From IMG/VR virus record IMGVR_UViG_651324002_000003, positions 19,934-83,933 of that record: a stretch of DNA of 64,000 bases. The stretch is one strand, 5' to 3'. Below, one piece after another: positions 11,039 through 19,594 of this stretch. Both the position numbers and the translations under genes were made by a program. Source of the stretch: a virus. Lineage: Duplodnaviria > Heunggongvirae > Uroviricota > Caudoviricetes. The stretch's first letter is position 1. Every line of letters begins with the position of its first letter. The notes beneath the pieces are model-generated. The model did no database searches. It saw only the letters and a program-made list of their open reading frames with translations, and had not been told where the DNA came from.

Positions 11039-12325
11039 TTATCCCCCTTCGAACATTCGTTTTAGCCACTTCGGCCATTTCTCGTATGGTTCGGTTTGCA
11101 TGATTCGGTCAGCCTCAGCATTTCTATTGGTGCCGCTCGAATCGCCCTTGCCACCGATCATGGTACTCCGTGGTTGTTTCTTTAACTCATTGACCTTTTG
11201 CGAGGTCGATTTCTTTTTGGGCTGAGCTGTCGGTTTTTGCTCTTCACCCGGCGTTGATTCCTCCGGGGCCTTTCCGGATTGCTGGCGCCATTCCATTTCG
11301 GATAAATCCATAAAGGTCTTGAAGGCAAAGACATCATCAGCAGTGCCCTGTCCTTTCCCGACGCGGTCTGCCGCCGGGCCCAAAACCGCCTTTTCAGCAT
11401 CCGTCAATTTTGCATACCGCTGATTTGCATAGTCGAAGATTTTTTGAGCATCCGGCTTGGACTTGAAGCTGTTCATATAGTCACTGTTCATCTTTTGCCG
11501 CTGTTGTTGTTCCGTCTGCCGGGACTGCAACTGTGATTGAACATGCTGACCTATCTGAGTGGAAATGCTTGCAAGTCGGGACGTATCACGTTTAATCAGG
11601 TCGGCCTTAATGTCATCCATGGCAGCGCCGTCATCTTCGTCGTACCTGTCCGGTTCACGCCCGAATTTTTCATTGAACGCTTCCTTAGCCCTGGCGGCAA
11701 TCCGCTCATTCGGGGCATACCCAAACTGCGCCTTGAATTGCTTTTCGGCTTCCGCTTCCATCCACTCAACATAGGCATTGGCCTGTTCTTTTTGCTGTTG
11801 TTCGGTTTGTTGTACGTCTTGTTGCTCATTTTGCTGTACGCTTTGTTGTGCGGTCTGTTGTACGGTTTGTTGTGCAATGCGAGACTCAAGCGCCTCTAGC
11901 CGTTGTTGTAGATCCTGCCGTTTTTTTCTCTCCGCGTGAAGGGCTTCATACGGAACCTGTTTTACCTTCCCTTTTCCCTTGTCTTTTCCAGCATCAGGGG
12001 CAGGTATATCATCGGGTTCCTCTGAGTCCTCGTCGGGTTGGTCATCCTCAGCAGAATCTTCCTCGCCGTCCTCATCGCTCTGATCGTCGTCCTGGTCGTC
12101 GCCGGTTTCATCTGCGGCATCGCCATCAGAGTCATCTGACTCTTCGATTTCGTCAGCGTCTTGGTCATCCTCGGCATCCTGGTTGTTATCGGCGCCAGTA
12201 TCGCCGTCATCTTCTTCGCCGGTTAAACCATTCTCACGGGCGAAATCACTTGCCGCATCAGCATCAAGTTCTTCCAGTTCGCTCATCCAATCAGGCAGTT
12301 TTGATTTTTTAGCCATACTTTCCAA
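11039..12325 (-). CDS. scaffolding protein (putative), highly acidic with an (xVQQ)n coiled-coil repeat
   Basis: D/E-rich N-terminus, a QQTVQQTAQQSVQQNEQQDVQQTEQQ repeat, and a basic C-terminus. Sits between portal-proximal genes and the capsid gene. Confidence 0.55.
   Translation of the reverse strand: MESMAKKSKLPDWMSELEELDADAASDFARENGLTGEEDDGDTGADNNQDAEDDQDADEIEESDDSDGDAADETGDDQDDDQSDEDGEEDSAEDDQPDEDSEEPDDIPAPDAGKDKGKGKVKQVPYEALHAERKKRQDLQQRLEALESRIAQQTVQQTAQQSVQQNEQQDVQQTEQQQKEQANAYVEWMEAEAEKQFKAQFGYAPNERIAARAKEAFNEKFGREPDRYDEDDGAAMDDIKADLIKRDTSRLASISTQIGQHVQSQLQSRQTEQQQRQKMNSDYMNSFKSKPDAQKIFDYANQRYAKLTDAEKAVLGPAADRVGKGQGTADDVFAFKTFMDLSEMEWRQQSGKAPEESTPGEEQKPTAQPKKKSTSQKVNELKKQPRSTMIGGKGDSSGTNRNAEADRIMQTEPYEKWPKWLKRMFEGG
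11786..11877. repeat. about 7 tandem 12-bp repeats (consensus GTTTGTTGTACG) inside the scaffold gene
   Basis: Direct reading: gtttgttgtacg / tcttgttgctca / ttttgctgtacg / ctttgttgtgcg / gtctgttgtacg / gtttgttgtgca. Confidence 0.7.
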
Positions 12326-12380
12326 CCTCCGTTTTACGTCCGGATGGACGATGTATTACGACCGTATCGCCGTCGTCGCG

Positions 12381-12420
12381 AAAAAAGGGCAATAAAAAAG
12401 ACCACCACAAACGGTTGGTC
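12381..12420 (-). terminator. rho-independent terminator (minus strand) between the 12478 gene and the scaffold gene
   Basis: Stem GACCAACCGTTTGTGGTGGTC followed by a U-rich run when read on the minus strand. Confidence 0.45.
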
Positions 12421-12477
12421 TGGTGCGGCCAGTACGCCGGTCGCGCCGCGAATATATGATAATCCGGTTTCCCGGGC

Positions 12478-12897
12478 TTATCCCTTTAAAACATAGGTAG
12501 GTGTGCTGGTAGCCAGCACTGCCTCAGTCAGAGCATTGAGAATATCAATATGACTATTATCAACCACTCTGCCATTGAGTACGTTTTCTGCCATTTTGTT
12601 GCATACCTTAGCATAATTCAGACGGAGTTCATTAAACTCCGCCACCGCCGGGTCAGCCGGTTCGGCGACACTAATCACGCCAGGTTCTTGCACGAGTTCT
12701 GCCAAGTGTTTCATCTCAGGCGGCGCGTCAACTCTCTCACCGGCCATAGCGGGTACAACCTCGATTTCCTGCGGAACGTCTTTCCTTGCAATACCCGATG
12801 GAGCATCAGCCGGAAGTTTTACCGCTTTGCCGATTGCCTTCTCAGCGACTTTTGCTATTTCGGCTTTCTTCTCGGTCTTTGGTCTGGTTTGTCTCAT
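12478..12897 (-). CDS. hypothetical protein
   Basis: 139-aa ORF, collinear, overlaps the next start. Confidence 0.4.
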   Translation of the reverse strand: MRQTRPKTEKKAEIAKVAEKAIGKAVKLPADAPSGIARKDVPQEIEVVPAMAGERVDAPPEMKHLAELVQEPGVISVAEPADPAVAEFNELRLNYAKVCNKMAENVLNGRVVDNSHIDILNALTEAVLATSTPTYVLKG

Positions 12898-13100
12898 TGA
12901 CGATCACCCCGATTTAACAGAATTGCATAGATCGACATGACGCTTTGCTCCAATTGGTTTATTGCGTAGGTATCTTTAAACGGACGCTTTTTTTGTTCAT
13001 CAATTGCCATAAGCGTAAGATCAACGAACTCCTCAATGACCTTCTTCGCTTTCATCTGTAAGTCGGTTTGCGTTTTTGTTTGGATTCCCATATCATTCAC
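12894..13100 (-). CDS. hypothetical protein
   Basis: 68-aa ORF with a 4-bp overlap to the downstream gene. Confidence 0.35.
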   Translation of the reverse strand: MNDMGIQTKTQTDLQMKAKKVIEEFVDLTLMAIDEQKKRPFKDTYAINQLEQSVMSIYAILLNRGDRQ

Positions 13101-13115
13101 CCTCTGCTTAATTAT

Positions 13116-13787
13116 TTATACTTGATTGGTTCCTTCAACGCCACGTTGCTCCCGGCCCATTGTCCGCTTACGCAGCCACAACAGCGCCTCTTCCAATTTG
13201 GTAATTGCCAAAGCGTTTTCCCTGCAGGCAAACTGTCCTTTCTGGAAATGCTCCAGCCGGCAGATGACCATGGCAATCAAGTCCTCATTGCAGACGCCAT
13301 TTACGCCGCATTCTTTAATAGGACCTTCTTGGAAATGAATTTCCGCCAGCGGAATACCGAAGTAGTCATCATGGTTTCCAATGACCGTAAAGCGATGTGG
13401 TGCGCCGTATTGCATTTCGCTTCCCGGTTCGTGGTAAACTTCGGTATATTTGCTCGTGAGCAGGTCGTGTTGTAATTTTACATATTTGGTTTCTTCTTTC
13501 TCGTAAGTCATTTCAAAGACATCCGGCTTGCATGGGTAGAATTCGCCAACAACACCCTTAATAACGAAATCACCAATTGACGCCAAATGTTCTCCCTCTT
13601 TGGTCTTGATAATCAAGCCACCGTGAACTTTATTGTGATCAATGTAAAAATGTTCGCCCACAACATCCATTGGTCTATCATGAGTCCCCGTTAGAAAGTC
13701 GAACATTTCCCTATGGTTACTTCCCGTCCATTCCAGAGTTGGAACCTTGACAGGTTTCTTACGGTACCATTGAACCATCTCAACCAT
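13116..13787 (-). CDS. two-domain hypothetical protein
   Basis: 223-aa ORF. The N-terminal and C-terminal halves have different character. The C-terminus ends with an RKRTMGREQRGVEGT motif. Confidence 0.45.
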   Translation of the reverse strand: MVEMVQWYRKKPVKVPTLEWTGSNHREMFDFLTGTHDRPMDVVGEHFYIDHNKVHGGLIIKTKEGEHLASIGDFVIKGVVGEFYPCKPDVFEMTYEKEETKYVKLQHDLLTSKYTEVYHEPGSEMQYGAPHRFTVIGNHDDYFGIPLAEIHFQEGPIKECGVNGVCNEDLIAMVICRLEHFQKGQFACRENALAITKLEEALLWLRKRTMGREQRGVEGTNQV

Positions 13788-13814
13788 CCTTCCGACTATT
13801 TAAAAGTCCATAGG

Positions 13815-14165
13815 TTACACCAGCTTTTGATCGCCAAGTTGATCTTGCAGAATTTCAAGGATCTCGTGCAGACGGTTATTCGCTTCAATCAAAACAGAAC
13901 CGGTCGTCTGCAGCCGCCCCGCTACGGTGTCAAATGATTCCGGTACACCAGCACCATTGCATGCCTGCTGAGGCTTAGGAAGAGAAACCGCATCCAAAAT
14001 CTCACGGGCCAGTCGCAGCGTAGTGTCCGCAATGTCCGAAATTTCGTTGAGACTTTTTTCGACTTGGCCTTGTTTTCGCTGGACCTGCTGGGCAGCACAA
14101 TCGTTTCCATCGTAACCACCGGCAAACGCTCCGGTTATACCGACCCCATACTTCATACCATTCAT
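13815..14165 (-). CDS. hypothetical protein
   Basis: 116-aa ORF. Confidence 0.35.
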   Translation of the reverse strand: MNGMKYGVGITGAFAGGYDGNDCAAQQVQRKQGQVEKSLNEISDIADTTLRLAREILDAVSLPKPQQACNGAGVPESFDTVAGRLQTTGSVLIEANNRLHEILEILQDQLGDQKLV

Positions 14166-14186
14166 CTGAAATCATCCTCCTATTTT

Positions 14187-14852
14187 TTATACTTCGTCGG
14201 CTTCCGAAGCAATCACACCCCGGAAGCACTGCGTCAATTCCACAACCGCCGCATAATCCCGCGTCCGATAAAAATCAATGTAAGCGGGGAAGCCGCTCTT
14301 TGACGGGTCCGGTAGGTCACACTGTCCCATATGACCGGCCAGTATCACCGTGCAGTCATCATGTACCCGGGTGATAATCTTCTTGAGTTGCGGCTTGGTA
14401 AGGTTTTGGGCTTCATCAACCATGATGATCTTATTCCCCTTGAGGTTGCGGCCACGCAGGAAAGTATGCGGCTTTGGGTACACCCAGACATTCCCGTCTT
14501 TCCATCCTCCGGAGTTGCTATCTTCGTTTGCATCCTCCCGCGACACGCAGGTCATTGGTCTCTCGCGAATTTCATCCAGTGCATCAAACAGTGGGCCCAG
14601 GTATTGATAATACTTGTCCCACAGCGAACCCGGCAAATACCCGAACTCATCTTCACACACATTGGGGAATACATACACAAGATCCCGCTCCATTACTTTG
14701 GCGGCCGCTACAGCAAGCAGTGTCTTCCCCGTTCCCGCCTTGGACGGAACCACAATGACCTTTTTGTCAAAAACCGCATCAACATATTGTCTCTGCTTAG
14801 CAGTCAGCTTCGGCCCAAGGCCAAAGAACATATGGTCTTTCGGTAGTGGCAT
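14187..14852 (-). CDS. phoH: PhoH-like ATPase
   Basis: Walker A GTGKTLLA and the PhoH signature VDEAQNLT. Confidence 0.8.
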   Translation of the reverse strand: MPLPKDHMFFGLGPKLTAKQRQYVDAVFDKKVIVVPSKAGTGKTLLAVAAAKVMERDLVYVFPNVCEDEFGYLPGSLWDKYYQYLGPLFDALDEIRERPMTCVSREDANEDSNSGGWKDGNVWVYPKPHTFLRGRNLKGNKIIMVDEAQNLTKPQLKKIITRVHDDCTVILAGHMGQCDLPDPSKSGFPAYIDFYRTRDYAAVVELTQCFRGVIASEADEV

Positions 14853-14918
14853 GGAATGTCCACCTTTCCTAAGTCTTTCTGCCGCCTTTGCGCTTGTTGC
14901 CTCCTTTGCCCTTACAGG

Positions 14919-15344
14919 TCACGGATATCGCCCCCTCATTACCGCGTTTTCGGCTTTCAGTCCTGATTGCCTTTTCAGTTTAACCAATGCCTTAGCGATA
15001 TGGTCAATTGAGCGCTCCATCATAGTTTCATCTAATGAACCGTACTCGGTTTTATCAAACATGCAAAAATGTAAATGCAATAATTCATGAACTAATACTA
15101 TCTCCATATCATACTTAAACGGCGATTGCGGGTAATCAGTCGGATCTAATATTTTGATTGTTGCCAGGGCGGTTTCTTTCGTGTAACAACACTCCCCCTG
15201 AGCATTCTTTAAATCAAAATCTCGTTGACGTGCAATGCGCAAAGCCACTTCCCAGCATTCCAGTCTCAGGCGTTGCTGCCATTCCCGACAAAGCACAATC
15301 AATTGTTCTTCGCTATAAATATAAGATGTATCCGACTCGCACAT
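14919..15344 (-). CDS. small HExxH protein (putative zincin-like metallopeptidase)
   Basis: VLVHELLHLH motif in a 141-aa ORF. Confidence 0.4.
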   Translation of the reverse strand: MCESDTSYIYSEEQLIVLCREWQQRLRLECWEVALRIARQRDFDLKNAQGECCYTKETALATIKILDPTDYPQSPFKYDMEIVLVHELLHLHFCMFDKTEYGSLDETMMERSIDHIAKALVKLKRQSGLKAENAVMRGRYP

Positions 15345-15361
15345 GATTCACACTCCTTTGA

Positions 15362-17527
15362 TTATAATGCCGCTCTCATGCTATTAATTACTTGATTCTG
15401 CGGTATCGCCGGTCCCTGCCAACTAGGCATTCCTTGTCCCTGAGGTTGGGACTGCGGCATCGGTGGCACCTGCCCTTGTTGTGGCATCTGCTGTTGCATA
15501 ACCGGTTGTTGTCCGCCGCCCATCATCAGCTGCTGAATGATCGCCATTTGCTGTTCAGGCGGCAATGTCGCAAGTTGCTGTTGCAGGGCTTGCGCCTGCT
15601 GTACTATTTGACCCATGTCCACCGGCGGCTGAATCTGAATGCCGGCCTGCGCCGCCGCCTGCATCTTTCCATCCGGCGGTAAGTCCCGATAATTCAGAGA
15701 TATCCGGGGAGGATTGGTCTGCGGTTGTTGTTTTGCCTGCGCTTCTTGCGCCGCCGCTTGGGCTTGAGCTTCTTTTTCTTCCCGGATTCTTCGGGCAATT
15801 TCGTCCCGGCGCGGGATGTCGGACTCTTCGAGTATCACGTCCGGCGGAACCGGTATTCCGGCCTTAACCGCCTCCAGGAGCATATAGTATTGGGCCATGC
15901 GCTGAGTGGCAGTTGACGGCGTATCCGTGATGACAATGTCGAATTCACCAACAGACAGGTCATTGATTGTCGTCTCAAACCACTGCCCTGTGTTAGGGTC
16001 CTGAATAACCTGTGCGTCATTGACCTGGATAAAATCGTCATGGCCATCTTCGCCGATGATCCGGATAGTTTTGGACTCGGTATAATACTGCGGGATAATC
16101 CCCGGGCAGTTCCGTTTGCCCCAAAGAAGATAGAGTATCCTGCGTTTAAACTTCCGCAGATTGTCAAACAGTGCGGCCACATGGGTGATAGCCTGCTTCT
16201 GCCGTAGCTCTATTGCCCGGCCAGACTGACCTGCCGCATCTTGGCTACCCATCATGGCCTCGTTAATACCGGTCAACTCCCGGATATCGTTTGTCGATAT
16301 CTGTTCTTCCTCCGCTACATTGGTCGGATATGGGGAAGGGGTAATTCGTTGCAGGCTGCTTCCCTTCTGGTGTTTGACTACTACACCAGGAGTGGCGCCG
16401 AAGTTCCGAATGTTTTGCTCTTGCTCTGGCGTCAGTGCCCCATCTTCGGCGATCCAGCCACTGTTCGCCTGGGTGTTAAGAATATGAAGACGCTGAGAAC
16501 GCCGTTTGTTGATTTCCCTTTGCGAGTCCTTCATATTCCTGACAACGCCGGACGGGGTATCTCCCTCGCCAATATAGTAAGCGGTGAGCTGCGCATACGG
16601 CAGGTCCCTATGCTGGTAAGGGCTCTCAATGTCTTCAAGTTCAATCTGACCCAGCATGACCTTAACACGCACTACCTTCTGCGGCTTTTCGACCGTCTGA
16701 GGTTGACCATTGACAATGACCATTTGCGACAGCATGTTGATCTGCACTTGTGATTGCGGGAGCAACGAATCATCCTGCATAACAAAAAACTTGGTCATTC
16801 GCTTTTGGCGATACCACATTTCGATGAGCCGGACCTTATGTCCGTCCTTTTGATACCACAATGGCTCCGCTATGTCGCTACCATATGAGTCCTGTTCGTC
16901 GGTATCATACTCATGCACCATCTGTTCAATGGCCTCGGCATGCTCCGGGTAGACCTCCATTGCCTCATCTTTATCAACCCAGCGCCCCTCACAGACAAAC
17001 TTCGCATCCGATAAGTCTGCTTTCCGGCACTCCGGGTCAACATACATAGAAAACGGCGAAACCCGCTTAATTTGGGCCTCACCGTCCATCGTGTCGTAGT
17101 CAACCTCATATGTAATTTTTGCGAATCCCCTGCCGGCAATGGCCGCATCCAAGAATATGTCGCTCTCTTCTGACTCGAAGTCGCTGGCATCAAAGACGAA
17201 ATTAGTCATGCCCTCCCGGACTTTGCACTTTTTCAGGTCGTCGGCAGTGCGGGGCTTGAATGATGGTTCATAGCGGTTCAGGCGCTGATAGCCAGACAGC
17301 AGGTTTACCGTGGGCTTAACCCGGTTGATTGTGATGACCGGTCGCCCCTGCTTCCGCAGTTTGTCGATCGCTCCCTCATCCCACTGTATTCCGAAATAAA
17401 ACTCATAATCTTCCCTGGCTTCTCGCCGCCAGTCCTGCATGCCGTCTACAGCATCCTTAAACCACCGCCGCGCTATTCCCACGCTGATTGGAATTACCTT
17501 TGCCAACGTACCACCTCCTTCGGACAT
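15362..17527 (-). CDS. portal protein with Q/P-rich C-terminal tail
   Basis: 721 aa. N-terminal DYEFYFGIQW...GRPVITINRVKPTVNLLSGYQ resembles portal conserved blocks. Lies upstream of the capsid module. Confidence 0.7.
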   Translation of the reverse strand: MSEGGGTLAKVIPISVGIARRWFKDAVDGMQDWRREAREDYEFYFGIQWDEGAIDKLRKQGRPVITINRVKPTVNLLSGYQRLNRYEPSFKPRTADDLKKCKVREGMTNFVFDASDFESEESDIFLDAAIAGRGFAKITYEVDYDTMDGEAQIKRVSPFSMYVDPECRKADLSDAKFVCEGRWVDKDEAMEVYPEHAEAIEQMVHEYDTDEQDSYGSDIAEPLWYQKDGHKVRLIEMWYRQKRMTKFFVMQDDSLLPQSQVQINMLSQMVIVNGQPQTVEKPQKVVRVKVMLGQIELEDIESPYQHRDLPYAQLTAYYIGEGDTPSGVVRNMKDSQREINKRRSQRLHILNTQANSGWIAEDGALTPEQEQNIRNFGATPGVVVKHQKGSSLQRITPSPYPTNVAEEEQISTNDIRELTGINEAMMGSQDAAGQSGRAIELRQKQAITHVAALFDNLRKFKRRILYLLWGKRNCPGIIPQYYTESKTIRIIGEDGHDDFIQVNDAQVIQDPNTGQWFETTINDLSVGEFDIVITDTPSTATQRMAQYYMLLEAVKAGIPVPPDVILEESDIPRRDEIARRIREEKEAQAQAAAQEAQAKQQPQTNPPRISLNYRDLPPDGKMQAAAQAGIQIQPPVDMGQIVQQAQALQQQLATLPPEQQMAIIQQLMMGGGQQPVMQQQMPQQGQVPPMPQSQPQGQGMPSWQGPAIPQNQVINSMRAAL

Positions 17528-17554
17528 AGAGAAACCGCCCGAAGGCGGCGTTAT

Positions 17555-17827
17555 TTAAATACACAAAATTCGTTTTGATCCATCTTTTATATACCAGTGA
17601 AAGCAAACCAATGGTCTATATGCATCCATCAAGTCCCACTGCACTTTGTTGTGAATCGAAAGTCTGCCGACTTCAAAGGAGTATTCTTGCTCATCCGTAA
17701 ACAGAAAGTCACGAAACATGTACAGAATACAGAGAATCGCTAATACGGGGTACACAATTGCAAGCAAGGGAAAGTATGACATCGGGTATTTCCCTTCAAC
17801 TCGATACAACAAAACAATCATGAACAT
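17555..17827 (-). CDS. small membrane protein
   Basis: 90 aa with one hydrophobic helix (FPLLAIVYPVLAILCILYMF). Confidence 0.35.
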   Translation of the reverse strand: MFMIVLLYRVEGKYPMSYFPLLAIVYPVLAILCILYMFRDFLFTDEQEYSFEVGRLSIHNKVQWDLMDAYRPLVCFHWYIKDGSKRILCI

Positions 17828-17953
17828 CCTTGCAACCTATCCTTTCTTGTTTTACGCGCTGGATCTCCGTCCAAGAGCTGCGGCAAACGCCCACAAAATA
17901 AAAGTCGTCAGCCAAGGATGCTCGAACATCCAGTCAATGATGGTCCGTTCCAT

Positions 17954-18430
17954 TTATTCGCCCTCCGGCCCTTGCCCATTAACATTTCCTTCTTGCCAGC
18001 AAATCATCTTGCCGTCATGGGAAACAGTAGATAGGTCTGTCGGAGCCGGGGACCGATACAGCATTTCCCCTGCTTGCGGTAGTCGTCTTCCGCAGAATGG
18101 GCAATAAGCAATCGCGACATTAAAGTACGTATCTGGCGCATACAGTCTCCATCCAGTATTGTATTTTTTTATTTTCCAATCACCAAAAATAATATCGTGG
18201 CATTGATGCAGCATTGTGCCAACAGGTTCTCCCTGGCGGGATCGTTTAGCGTCGATCATCTCGGATTTTCGCCGACAGATGGCGGCAGCAATAACAGCCG
18301 CCATGTCTTCTTTGATATCCTGCGTTATGAATCCGTAAGCATCTCCGTCCGCAAACGTCACGACATATTCTCTGGCGTTGCCGGAATCAACCAGATCAGA
18401 CTTAATTGAAATTATTGCCGGTATCTCCAT
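17954..18430 (-). CDS. hypothetical protein with a CPFCG zinc-ribbon motif
   Basis: 158-aa ORF with CPFCGRRLP and additional His/Cys. Confidence 0.4.
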   Translation of the reverse strand: MEIPAIISIKSDLVDSGNAREYVVTFADGDAYGFITQDIKEDMAAVIAAAICRRKSEMIDAKRSRQGEPVGTMLHQCHDIIFGDWKIKKYNTGWRLYAPDTYFNVAIAYCPFCGRRLPQAGEMLYRSPAPTDLSTVSHDGKMICWQEGNVNGQGPEGE

Positions 18431-18434
18431 ACTG

Positions 18435-18695
18435 CTATTCCCCTCCCATAGTCGCCCGGGTTCTCCGGTATTCTATCGCCATTTCCGCAATTTCTGCCCT
18501 TGATAAGTGCTGACCACGTTTTTTGACGGACTCCCTTACTTTAATTTGCCGCCCATCGTCGAAGAAAACAACATGGTCAATAAACATTGCGCGGCCAGCT
18601 TCTCCACGCACACCAATGATCGATGTAATTTTAGGCCTGTTCATCACTATCACTACTCCATATCCTGCACGACTAATAATCATCGTTGCGACCAA
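18435..18695 (-). CDS. hypothetical protein
   Basis: 86-aa ORF. Confidence 0.35.
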   Translation of the reverse strand: MVATMIISRAGYGVVIVMNRPKITSIIGVRGEAGRAMFIDHVVFFDDGRQIKVRESVKKRGQHLSRAEIAEMAIEYRRTRATMGGE

Positions 18696-18783
18696 TAACC
18701 ATTCTTATGTAAATTGCACTTTGTTGATTTTACTGGCCTTGCAGGCTTTATGTTTGGGAAATACCGTTAAGTTTACAATAAAA

Positions 18784-18942
18784 TCATCGTTGTTTACCGT
18801 AATCGGTAAGATTTTCGGGTGGCGGCGTCTGCATGAGGCGCAATCCTACCTCTACAATCTCCGTCTCAACGTCTAAAATCCTGTCTCTGACTACGGCATA
18901 GGGCTCACCATTGATCACTACTTTGCCTATAACGTCAGACAT
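18784..18942 (-). CDS. small hypothetical protein (about 52 aa, found by hand)
   Basis: ATG preceded by a GGGGGAAGG RBS. MSDVIGKVVINGEPY... Coordinates approximate. Confidence 0.25.
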   Translation of the reverse strand: MSDVIGKVVINGEPYAVVRDRILDVETEIVEVGLRLMQTPPPENLTDYGKQR

Positions 18943-18954
18943 TTTACCTTCCCC

Positions 18955-19212
18955 CTAACGGTCCCATGACAATAGTACTAAATTAAAAATCGCCCACGAC
19001 ATGAAGTACGTTGCTCTCACATAGTCGTCCATGCCAATCACTGAGACAAGAGACATGATTATGCAGGTAGAAACAATAATTTTGAGTATTGCGTCCATAT
19101 TTTCTCCTTTGCATTTACTTTTTTTCTTTGGAGGAAATGAACTGCCCCGCCTTTCGACGGGGCCTATCACCCTAAAGACTAAACACCATACCCCTATCCC
19201 ACCCCCTGCCAC
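18955..19212 (-). CDS. small membrane protein (start probably internal)
   Basis: C-terminal half has two hydrophobic segments (ILKIIVSTCIIMSLVSVIG, AIFNLVLL). Confidence 0.3.
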   Translation of the reverse strand: MAGGGIGVWCLVFRVIGPVERRGSSFPPKKKSKCKGENMDAILKIIVSTCIIMSLVSVIGMDDYVRATYFMSWAIFNLVLLSWDR

Positions 19213-19238
19213 CGCATTGTGGCAGTCTCCATCCTATC

Positions 19239-19502
19239 CTATGCTGTTTTCAGAATCAGCCGAATCGCCGTCCGCTCTTGGGCATCGATCTCCACCGTGG
19301 CAAACGCTGGCACGCAAACAAGGTCAATTCCATTCGGCGCCACAAACCCTCTTGCAATCGCAATAGCTTTCATAGCCTGATTCAATGCTCCTGCGCCTAC
19401 TGCCTGGATCTCAAAGCTTTTCCCGTCGCGAATCATGCCGGCAATCGCGCCGGCCACCTTGTTAGAATCGGATTTTGCAGCTACCTTAATCATTTCACTC
19501 AT
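19239..19502 (-). CDS. spoVS: stage V sporulation protein S homologue
   Basis: 87 aa. Near full-length similarity to Bacillus SpoVS (AKS..N.VAGA.AG..R....EIQA.GAGALNQA.KA.AIARGFVAP.G.DL.C.PAF....ID..ERTAI.L). Confidence 0.85.
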   Translation of the reverse strand: MSEMIKVAAKSDSNKVAGAIAGMIRDGKSFEIQAVGAGALNQAMKAIAIARGFVAPNGIDLVCVPAFATVEIDAQERTAIRLILKTA

Positions 19503-19594
19503 AATTTTCTTCTCTCCCTTTTGAATAATTTTTCGTTTTATTTTTATATAACCCCGGCATTTTGATCATTTTATGCACGGAATTGTATAACTAT

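Noticed and set aside
11537-12312. Plus-strand ORFs (11537..11899, 11848..12312) and minus out-of-frame ORFs (11596..11889, 11962..12210) rich in Arg/His/Leu
   Set aside because: Antisense or alternative frames of the highly acidic, repeat-containing scaffold gene.
14331-15090. Plus-strand ORFs 14331..14846, 14474..14758, 14614..15090
   Set aside because: Antisense to the PhoH gene, whose motifs are unambiguous on the minus strand.
15392-15916. Plus-strand ORFs antisense to the portal 3' region
   Set aside because: Generated by the GC-rich Q/P-rich codons of the portal C-terminus.
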